Part shown: piece by piece, positions 58,301-64,000 of the stretch
How positions within the stretch are numbered: the stretch's first letter is position 1
How the letters are laid out: every line of letters starts with the position of its first letter
Source of the DNA: an uncultured Thermoplasmata archaeon
Lineage (GTDB): Archaea > Thermoplasmatota > Thermoplasmata > Halarchaeoplasmatales > Halarchaeoplasmataceae
DNA length: 64,000 nt
NCBI GenBank assembly: GCA_964462425.1
Contig: CAYWYD010000004.1
Span: forward strand, 12,173-76,172
Direction: 5' to 3'
Notes under the pieces: generated by a model
Seen by the model: only the letters and a program-made list of their open reading frames with translations
Database searches by the model: none
What the model was told of the DNA's origin: nothing
Program-made: the position numbers and the translations under genes

Positions 58301-60797
58301 ATGAAACAGTTAAGTCAGCTGGAGAAGAGTCACTTACTTCTATGGTATCCGGATTAGTACCCCAGTTGGTAATTTCCACCGGAAGATGTGTAGTTCCTCC
58401 CGAGGCAAGGCTTTGGGTAGTTGGATAATCCGTAGTAAGATCGACATTATAATCGTCCTGCGGGCCAAAATCCGCAGAGGTTACTAAAGCAAAATCTGCA
58501 TTAGAAGGAATACTATCAGCTTGAACCGTGAGTGTCCATGTGCCTGGTTCAGGATCCTTAATTTCTATCCTTTGCACCGTATTGACCGTGTCTATCGTCG
58601 AACTTCCCGGGGTAGTCCAACCGTTTTGATCATAGTTATCCACTCCTGAATAGTAAGTATTTCCATTCGGTGACTCAGCGTACATGTGAAGTTGCCTGTT
58701 CATCTCCATACCGGAGCTGTCCAACCAGTTGAGCGTAGCCTTGAAGGGCTCGTCGTTAGATGCGATCTCGAGGTTCATCCCTCCATCTGCTGCTGCATCC
58801 CAAGTACCAGTCTGATCAAAAGTCCCTTCAGCGAACTGATTGCTTCTCGGGGCTGATGGGAATAAGGATTTCCTCAGATTGGGCCGGCCCCAACCCTGAG
58901 CGTACCCAGGATACTCATAGAGATCTGGGTCCATCCTCTCGGCACCATTTATCATCGTAGCTTTTACTAAAGGATTAGTCGGATTTTGAATGCCATGCAT
59001 CTCTTTATAATACTCCCGGATCAAAACAGCCATCCCCGCTGCATGGGGTCCTGCCATCGAGGTGCCCTGCATGTACTGATAATCTGGGATCCCATCTGAC
59101 CCTTCTCCCGGTATAGACGTATCATACTCATCTACTTCCGTGATATAAGAGCTCTGATTCTGACCGTCATTGGCTTCATGTTCTCCTCTAGCTAGTGCGG
59201 AAATCATCGCGGTGCCTGTAGTCACCACATCTGGTTTTATCCTGCCATTAGAAAAACTAGGTCCACCTCTACTGCTGAAATCAGCAACATAATCAGGATT
59301 ATCGGCATTGTGATACTCGCCAGGTCTATAATTCTGACTCGCACCTACAGCTATAGTGTTCTTCGCCATCGGCCTGGGCGTCATAGTATGTTCATCGGGT
59401 CCCTCGTTTCCGGCGGAGAACATGATTATATTCTCAGGAGCGCCATTCATAGCACTGCTAGAATAGGGATCCATCCTATCATCTACATCTATCGAATTCG
59501 AGTCATAATCCGCTGGATTTTGCGCTCCCCAACTGTTCTGGAAGACTCTAGCACCGTCGGATTCCTGTCCGTCCCAGTATCCATGACTGGTGGATAACCC
59601 TCCAAAAGAACTAGTACATCCATCGAGAGAGAATTCCACCTCGGGAGCGACACCTGCGGCTTCCCCGTGATGCCATTCCCTAGTTGATGGGTCTAAGCCC
59701 ATATGATTTTTCCAGTTATACTCGTTACCTCCCACAATACCAGCGACATGGGTCCCATGAGCAACACCTGAGTTTTGTCCATCTGGATCTGAAGAACCAG
59801 TCTGGTCCGTGTATCTTATCACCCTATCTCCACCGGAACCTTTAAAGAAATCTGGATTTCCATCGTCTCCATTATAAATCTCACCTTCATCGAAGCCCGT
59901 ATCCTGGATACCGACCACCTCGCCTTCACCAGTCAATTCAACGGGGAGTCCGCTCCAGGAAGGGTACCACCCAGATTGGATCTCATGGATTTCATTAGCT
60001 GCGTTATCCTTGGTTTCGGGATAGCTGTACGGATCTATCCTTCTTACCTCTTCTAATCCAGCTATATCCGGGATCCGTAAAGGATCAACATTCACAATAG
60101 GACCTGTCGAAGTCTCTCTTTCGATGTCTATTCCCATCTTTTTTAGCTTTTCTCCGATCTCATTATCGGCTTCCTGATCCCATCCAGTAATCTTCACTAA
60201 TTCTTTTTCTTCCTCAGAACCGATCAAATCATCAGAAACTTTGTATCCAGAGTAATATGGACCTACCCATTCAACTATATCTAGCTCTTTAACTTGGGAT
60301 TTTGTCTCTTGATCCATACGCACTAACAGAGCATAATTAGCCACCTCTCGTTCTACCGAAGCACCGGTCTCGCTTATCTGTTCTTTCCACTCCATAGATT
60401 TGGCGGGCCCTACAAACTGTACAATATATGCTCCAGTTTTTTCGCTGTATTCCGCTGGTAAATCCGGAGTTCCTTCTCTCCTGTCAAAGGACTCTCTTAT
60501 CGTATCTAAATATATATCGTATCTAGAATCATCAATCCCCTCGCGGTCAGAAATTCTTTTTATATCCTCAGCTCGCCTTTCGGGGACCTCTACGAGATAT
60601 CTCCCATTCTCATAGTCCACTAAGATTTCCGTGTTTTCCTTTATATATTCCACATTTTGTTCATTTCCGACTTCAACAAGTACCTTTGTTTTTTCTCTTT
60701 CATCAATTCCCATCGCAGTAACCGTCAATGTCGAGAAAACCAGTATGGCAACCGCAAATATTGAGACAATAATCTTTCCTTTTAGAATTTCCATCAT
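52359..60797 (-). CDS. giant (2812 aa) membrane-anchored subtilisin-like serine protease (peptidase S8) with InlB-B-repeat-like, Big2-like and CARDB-like domains
   Basis: Signal peptide MMEILKGKIIVSIFAVAILVFSTLTVTAMG. Catalytic triad motifs VVGIQDTGFDEG, HGTHVAGIVGG and GTSMAGPHAAGMAVL. At least 12 repeats of Y.LT..S..GG.V..PGE.TF.Y..G..VDLEA.PD.GY.FVEWTGD. Big2-like VTVEP...I.ISP....L.AG.SQ.YTA.AYD. CARDB-like YKVTNTGGVEDTQQIVFYVDGV. TM WWLILILIIAAIIVLVLVLL. Acidic tail. A GGAGGA Shine-Dalgarno sits 8 nt upstream of the ATG. Confidence 0.85.
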   Translation of the reverse strand: MMEILKGKIIVSIFAVAILVFSTLTVTAMGIDEREKTKVLVEVGNEQNVEYIKENTEILVDYENGRYLVEVPERRAEDIKRISDREGIDDSRYDIYLDTIRESFDRREGTPDLPAEYSEKTGAYIVQFVGPAKSMEWKEQISETGASVEREVANYALLVRMDQETKSQVKELDIVEWVGPYYSGYKVSDDLIGSEEEKELVKITGWDQEADNEIGEKLKKMGIDIERETSTGPIVNVDPLRIPDIAGLEEVRRIDPYSYPETKDNAANEIHEIQSGWYPSWSGLPVELTGEGEVVGIQDTGFDEGEIYNGDDGNPDFFKGSGGDRVIRYTDQTGSSDPDGQNSGVAHGTHVAGIVGGNEYNWKNHMGLDPSTREWHHGEAAGVAPEVEFSLDGCTSSFGGLSTSHGYWDGQESDGARVFQNSWGAQNPADYDSNSIDVDDRMDPYSSSAMNGAPENIIMFSAGNEGPDEHTMTPRPMAKNTIAVGASQNYRPGEYHNADNPDYVADFSSRGGPSFSNGRIKPDVVTTGTAMISALARGEHEANDGQNQSSYITEVDEYDTSIPGEGSDGIPDYQYMQGTSMAGPHAAGMAVLIREYYKEMHGIQNPTNPLVKATMINGAERMDPDLYEYPGYAQGWGRPNLRKSLFPSAPRSNQFAEGTFDQTGTWDAAADGGMNLEIASNDEPFKATLNWLDSSGMEMNRQLHMYAESPNGNTYYSGVDNYDQNGWTTPGSSTIDTVNTVQRIEIKDPEPGTWTLTVQADSIPSNADFALVTSADFGPQDDYNVDLTTDYPTTQSLASGGTTHLPVEITNWGTNPDTIEVSDSSPADLTVSYSPQSSFSLESTEKANTDVMITANTGLAEQVIEFEITAVSQDDPSSPSASDTIQMTIQILTEPLPERKKLAESDADEMFPEIITFADSGGTNWIFAAYQMVTPDGKQVRVKYSELDTNGEPIQWQGPFNPMSTNPTVDPNYVQLQHIDSGTYQDRVVVYWNGQTPGSGGDEYEAKAAWADTGAYDTWNGPVQIDNNYGTDTVNMKRGSYMLFRDDGTADGELTYVFEHLDMDSSGKASNIGIAYVTSSDGGETWNSANDVPGADGSSGYFYFFPNGVTDQNDVNWHFFYYRDSSGNQRMVVTMLQDNDGWSSEVKVAGDLTGDPVDNHQFPMAAHYNNSGTNEVYMSCIYDNAGDFNDLTTSYVTGDYSSTNPPAESDFTSYDNVAGKAVSQEDMSGADILGKTAGNDGWIWTSYLETDTPFDVPNINVARSNDKYSSVTVDYVTRDNYRKLNPNMASQTIDGTSYAYVAYHSSQGTTRDVDHEVFLSILHSDWKSEPDTQGPDTSHVSSNPNPVNMSTDNNFNLTASIDDTMTGRSGIQTAEYVETDTTVTDPSTIDWSQASGMTISGSSSTEIAEAESLTVPDHWATGGTYRYWVRGQDSAGNWGTESADHIDIEVTGETVQETYNLTVNSTAGGSVSTPGEDTFEYTSGKVVDLEARPDEGYYFVEWTGDNNTIGDTTSNQTTITMNDNYSITAEFTDINYTLTIDSTVGGNVTTPGEDTFEYGAGQVVDLEARPDEGYYFVEWTGDNNTIGDTTSNQTTITMNDNYSIMANFGTTDVSNVLIYPDTDQLIEAGKELEFDAEAYDGSGNLITDNPEDFNWQNADIGVFYETVAGDYDVTATYQGVTSSVVTVTVEPADAEDIEVSPQTASITAGATQGYTATAYDKWDNGFDVTGGTTWSDNVEPTDRSSWTDNVTTVEEAGEWNITGEYENATGVIFTDNASLTVEPGAVDTVSIYPEADQVVYAGEELLFDAEAKDTYGNLITDNVDDFGWENATQGVFYETTAGDYNVTATYDGMTSPITTVTVISYTLTIDSTGGGNVAVPGEGTFSYIPGEVVDLEAIPDDGYHFVNWTGDTGTIVDKESNQTSIEMQDNYSITAEFAETDYTLTIDSTGGGNVAVPGEGTFGYQDGEIVNLEAVADPDYHFVEWTGDTGTIGSTESNQTDIEMLDNYSITAGFEITTYNLTVSSTDGGSVSEPGEDTFEYNSGEIVDLEAVAAQDYYFVEWTGDNETIDDTTANQTTIRIEGEYSITADFDTTNVAEVLIYPDTDQTIEAGKELQFNAEAYDQDDELITDDVAAFDWENATAGVFSRGTVGDYEVTATYEGLTSDPTTVIVEPSEAESIEIEPNEVSILPGNSISYTATAYDTYNNDFEVTGEVDWSIEAGAGGSWNENTYTSENEGNWTVNGTYTSNGTTLTDEALLTVEAADIDHIEISPQESNLTAGSSQEYTATAYDVENSEYEITGDTVWSIESGAGGSWNDNVYTSENVGEWTVTGTYTYEGEDFTDEATLTVESEQPEEYTLTINIEGEGTTEPSEGMHNYQEGEEVNITAMAGEGWYFVEWTGDYEGTENEIAVTMNSDKNVTAHFGEESSVVKYELTINSAEGGEVVVPGERTFEYNSSEVVDLEALADEGYEFSEWIGDVENIDDTGANETTITMEGNYTITAEFEEVGTEYELVINAEEGGSTDPTPDTYTHPMGEEVTIEAVPDLDWQFSHWVGDYPEDGEEDPEITITLDSDKEVTAHFEEEPASAYFSVEITNYEDEVKKGEEVSLEYKVTNTGGVEDTQQIVFYVDGVSVDSVALTLGPGEEKQDKFTWEPQAEGEYELEVASDDDQSDAVQVTTLADDDGAGGVMSVLCGYWWLILILIIAAIIVLVLVLLRREKDEGPADEQMEGLYEEPPPPSDEGEQTFDQGPQEEEFTEEPTEDYSEDYGEVGPEEKPYEEQFVEEEEPVDQEVLDEELDEEFKERFGEEE
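54200..56440 (-). repeat. intragenic in-frame tandem DNA repeats with 231-bp (77-codon) period, several units >90% identical
   Basis: Example: 55985-56215 vs 56216-56440 (ttatcgaataattgtcattcatcgttatcgt...ccattcaacgaaataataaccttcgtc...). A 66-bp exact copy occurs at 54913 vs 55144 (aaggtcccttctcccggtaccgcaacgttacctcctcccgtcgaatcaatcgtcaaagtgtaa). These encode the InlB-B-like modules. Confidence 0.8.
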
Positions 60798-60813
60798 TTT
60801 TTTGTCCTCCTAA

Positions 60814-63800
60814 TTAAAATAAAGAAAGGGATTTGGTTGTAGCCAAAGTTTTATCTGCCACATTCCTTACTTTTCCAATCTCACTAAGTCCTCCTTCGCC
60901 CTCGGGAATAACACTCTTTTCTGTCACTAGCCCTGTATCGTCTAACTCAGCTGATCGCTTTTTTGCCTGTACTTCTTCTACGATGACAGTCGTCGAAGAA
61001 CTCACGCCATTATAAGTTGCACTAACGGTGTATTCATCGGGTGTGTCGTAGTAGAAAACGCCTCTAGTGGCGTTCTCCCATTCGAACTCTTCCACATTAT
61101 CGGCTATGATATTGCCGAGAGTATCATAGGCTACAGCGGAGAATTCGATCTTCTCGCCGGAAGTTATGGTTTGATCTGCGGAAGGTGTCAGTTCAACTGT
61201 ATCTATAGTAGCGGGGTTGACCGTCAATAAACTCGTATCTGTCATTCCATTGTAATCTCCTGAAACGGTCCAATCACCTGTTATTTCAGAAGTATAGTCA
61301 CTCCCAGTCCAGCTACCTCCTGCTCCGTTTTCTATAGTCCAGGTCGTATCGCCTGTCATGTCTCCGATCTCGTTCTTGTATTTGTCGTAGGCTACTGCAG
61401 TGTAGGTCACGCTGTTCCCAGCCGTTACTGTTTCTTTCTCAGGACTAATCTCTATCCGATTCGCCTCTCCAGGTTCTACGGTTACTCCTGTTGGGGCCGA
61501 GGTAACGCTCTGATAAGTAGCTGTAACTTCGTAATCTCCTGCTTTTCGGCGGTTGAACACACCTCTCGTCGCGCTTTGCCAATTGAAATCGATCCTATCG
61601 TCCGTTATCAAGTTACCTCCTTGGTCGTATGCCGCTGCAGAAAACACTAGGTCGTTCCCAGCTTTTACTGTCTGATCTTGAGAGGGGGTTATTTCAACGT
61701 TGTCCACTTCTATAGTGGCAAACTCTGCAGTTATCGTATAATTTCCCTGCATCGTTATCGTAGTCTGGTTAGCCGTCGTATCATCTATCGTATTATTGTC
61801 GCCCATCCATTCAACGAAATAATAACCTTCTTCGGACCTCGCATCGAGGTCTACCATCTCACCAGAAGTGTACTCAAATGTGGCCTCGCCGGGCGTCGTC
61901 ACGTTACCTCCAGCGGTCGAATCAATAGTGAGTGTATAATTTTGTGTTCCTGACTCCGTAGTGAACGACCATGTAGCTGATGTGGTAGTCAAACTTCCGT
62001 CGTCTGCCACCACGTACCAATCGTAGGTAGTATTTGTAGCTAGTCCCGGCCACGTAACCGATGTAGTACCGTTCGTCACTCCGGTGTTCTGTCCTATCTG
62101 ACTACCATCTGAATCATCGTAGAATGTCACTGTCATGGAGTCACCGTCGGGATCTGAAACATCTACGCTCAGCGTCGGATCAGTGCTTATACCCGTCGCT
62201 CCACCCCCTGGGGATGGATTCGTCGGTTCTGCCGGCGCGGAGTTATTCGATTCACCGGGCTCAGGGACCGCATTGGTATTGCCGTCCTCATTACCTATAT
62301 CATCTTCCGCCCTTACAACGTACCACCATCTAATTCCGTCCGGTTCACCTTTATCTTGATCCCGGTAACTGTTAGTGCCCGCCGAGACACTGGTTAAATA
62401 ATTGCTACTATCCCAGGGTCCTGTTTCACTATCTGACCTATAAATATTATACTGAACTACGTCGTTCTCTCCGGCTCCGTCATCAGGGGATAAAGTCCAA
62501 TTCACTAAGTTGTCTTCCGTTCCATTCACGGCCGTGCCTTCAAGGAAGGCGTTATCCACGTACCAATCATTTAAGTCGTATGCATATCCATCAACCGTGA
62601 AACTAACGTAGAATGTGTCGGAACCCATATCAGTAGTTTCTATAGTGACTTCCTCCGTAGTTGGTCCTAGATTTCCATCGCCTGAAGTGTGGGACCACGA
62701 AGTATCATGCCAATTTGTTCCATCTGAGCTTGTCTGTATCTTTATAGTCACCGTATCCGTAGAACTCCCATAATCGTCATAATAATTGTCCCACTGGAAG
62801 TCAAGAGAATCCATACCGGTTGTATCGACTGGACCCCCATATAACCTCCATGTATCTGTACTATCTACGTAATCGAATCGTGCTTCTGGGGATGTCCCGC
62901 CAGCATTATTTGTACTGGATTGCTGCCACTGGCTTCCAGATTGAGACCAATTGGTTGGTGGGAACCCTCCATCAAAACTCTGATTGAGGAAAACTTGATT
63001 CTGGAGTCCAGACCACTCTACGTTAAGATCCGACGGACTAGCCACGCTACCGTCTACACTTGCAGTATCTGTCTTCGTAGCCGAAGAACCATCACCTATA
63101 TCCGCATCATCATAATAGGCGGTGATCGTATCTCCATCAGAAACCTGAAGGACTCCAGTGCTGTCCGTGGCTGATATATCTATTGAACCCTCGAAGATCC
63201 CATCATCCGTCTCTGTCAAAGTTACAGTTTCTCCTGAAGTTTCTGTATCACTGTCTACATCGATATCGAGACTCCCGCTTCCAGTGAGATCACCATCCTT
63301 GACAGTTAAATTAACATTATCTTCACTACTATAAGTGTCCTTTCCTATAGAAATAGTCCCGTTCGAAGGAGCCCTATTCACTCCGCCGCTTACAGTTAAA
63401 GCGAAGGGCTGAGTACTCTCGGGCACTTGGTGAGCACTCACCGTCAGCTCATAATTACCTTCTTGGATTCCATTTTGATTTGGTAAAAGTAAAATATCTT
63501 CTTCAACGTTCAATCCGTCAAACTCAGCAGTCCTCTGCCCGCTCCACGGATTGTCAGTCGGATTAGGCTCAGAATAACCCGGATTGTTTCCCGTGAACGC
63601 GTTCCCTACATACCTCGTACCATCTGGAGCCTCCAATTCAAGATCAAGATCATTGACTATCGCGGGATCACTCGAATCGGATCCTGAAGAACCCGGATAA
63701 TCGGTCCAGGCTAAAGTCACTTCCAATTCCTGAGTCGGATCATCTACGCCGAACTTCATGCTCCAACTTTCACCGGTATCGAGTTCACGGCTTTCGTTCC

Positions 63801-64000
63801 ATGAATCATAAGCTATCAGGTCTCTCGCATCTCCATCAAAATTTAGAACTCTGTCCAATTTGCTCCTGCCATAGCCTTGATCTCCATTAGGGAACCTATT
63901 ATCGTTATTATAAGCTCCACTCCCGGTTATTTCCACAGCACCATTGATTATTGTTGATCTAACAAGAGCATTACTCGGGTTGAAACCGTCCGCATCGGTC
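60814..64000 (-). CDS. second giant subtilisin-like protease paralogue (C-terminal >1060 aa present; N-terminal catalytic domain continues beyond window end)
   Basis: The frame stays open through 64000 upstream of the GTG annotated as the start in the ORF track (in-frame ...TDADGFNPSNALVRSTIINGAVEITGSG...). The visible N-terminal part GDQGYGRSKLDRVL aligns with the end of the S8 domain in the 2812-aa paralogue (GYAQGWGRPNLRKSL). It has the same InlB-B-like and Big2-like repeats and ends in a hydrophobic stretch. The stop lies 16 bp before the next gene's ATG. Confidence 0.75.
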   Translation of the reverse strand, partial: TDADGFNPSNALVRSTIINGAVEITGSGAYNNDNRFPNGDQGYGRSKLDRVLNFDGDARDLIAYDSWNESRELDTGESWSMKFGVDDPTQELEVTLAWTDYPGSSGSDSSDPAIVNDLDLELEAPDGTRYVGNAFTGNNPGYSEPNPTDNPWSGQRTAEFDGLNVEEDILLLPNQNGIQEGNYELTVSAHQVPESTQPFALTVSGGVNRAPSNGTISIGKDTYSSEDNVNLTVKDGDLTGSGSLDIDVDSDTETSGETVTLTETDDGIFEGSIDISATDSTGVLQVSDGDTITAYYDDADIGDGSSATKTDTASVDGSVASPSDLNVEWSGLQNQVFLNQSFDGGFPPTNWSQSGSQWQQSSTNNAGGTSPEARFDYVDSTDTWRLYGGPVDTTGMDSLDFQWDNYYDDYGSSTDTVTIKIQTSSDGTNWHDTSWSHTSGDGNLGPTTEEVTIETTDMGSDTFYVSFTVDGYAYDLNDWYVDNAFLEGTAVNGTEDNLVNWTLSPDDGAGENDVVQYNIYRSDSETGPWDSSNYLTSVSAGTNSYRDQDKGEPDGIRWWYVVRAEDDIGNEDGNTNAVPEPGESNNSAPAEPTNPSPGGGATGISTDPTLSVDVSDPDGDSMTVTFYDDSDGSQIGQNTGVTNGTTSVTWPGLATNTTYDWYVVADDGSLTTTSATWSFTTESGTQNYTLTIDSTAGGNVTTPGEATFEYTSGEMVDLDARSEEGYYFVEWMGDNNTIDDTTANQTTITMQGNYTITAEFATIEVDNVEITPSQDQTVKAGNDLVFSAAAYDQGGNLITDDRIDFNWQSATRGVFNRRKAGDYEVTATYQSVTSAPTGVTVEPGEANRIEISPEKETVTAGNSVTYTAVAYDKYKNEIGDMTGDTTWTIENGAGGSWTGSDYTSEITGDWTVSGDYNGMTDTSLLTVNPATIDTVELTPSADQTITSGEKIEFSAVAYDTLGNIIADNVEEFEWENATRGVFYYDTPDEYTVSATYNGVSSSTTVIVEEVQAKKRSAELDDTGLVTEKSVIPEGEGGLSEIGKVRNVADKTLATTKSLSLF
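61700..61960 (-). repeat. copy of the same 231-bp repeat module inside the neighbouring protease paralogue (direct orientation, about 5.5 kb from the copies at 56.2-56.4 kb)
   Basis: tccattcaacgaaataataaccttc at 61806 matches 56291. The flanking approx. 200 bp are highly similar. Confidence 0.7.

Noticed and set aside
36029-64000. Restriction-endonuclease or other nuclease domain expected if these were SPEARE-type fusion proteins
   Set aside because: No PD-(D/E)xK or HNH-like motif could be recognised by eye in the visible parts of the giant proteins. Only the protease and adhesion-type modules are supported.

Overview
Annotation of a 64-kb window that reads as an archaeal chromosome segment, probably from a halophilic DPANN or nanohaloarchaeon-like lineage, with housekeeping genes in the first half and a unidirectional cell-surface gene array in the second half. 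The archaeal call is an inference from several markers: a pantoate kinase-like GHMP kinase overlapping CoaBC, a HerA ATPase, a Hef-type helicase, an ADP-forming acetyl-CoA synthetase, and an initiator-like tRNA-Met with an A1:U72 pair. Nearly every protein is strongly acidic (D/E-rich), which suggests a salt-in halophile. Positions 1 to about 36 kb carry mostly housekeeping and accessory genes. These are: an Hsp20 / winged-helix regulator / Hsp20 module; a sugar-phosphate isomerase; a CNNM/CBS transporter; an FAD dehydrogenase; an HD phosphohydrolase; HerA; coenzyme A biosynthesis genes; a cold-shock protein; an ABC-2 exporter; an aldehyde dehydrogenase; an aminotransferase; an acetyl-CoA metabolism cluster (ADP-forming acetyl-CoA synthetase, a PtaN-like DRTGG protein, and an acetyl-CoA hydrolase/transferase fused to a GNAT domain); a DtxR regulator; the tRNA-Met; a PAP2 phosphatase; a bacterial-type MutS-MutL pair; an AbiEi/AbiEii-like toxin-antitoxin pair; and the Hef helicase. 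From about 36 kb to the window end, roughly 28 kb is a single minus-strand array of cell-envelope genes with very short spacers. It encodes two giant subtilisin (S8) proteases, one 2812 aa and one of more than 1060 aa that runs off the window, both with dozens of InlB-B/Big2-like repeats. It also encodes a 2506-aa Ig-like-repeat surface protein with a cytoplasmic HhH tail, a polyproline-containing vWA protein translationally coupled to a polytopic membrane protein carrying a CDC48-like double AAA+ module, a PepSY-repeat protein with a poly-D/E tract of about 125 aa, two small membrane proteins and a terminal double winged-helix regulator. I consider this array the most interesting part of the window and a candidate host- or cell-surface interaction system. 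No CRISPR array, no rRNA, and no clear transposase or integrase was seen.
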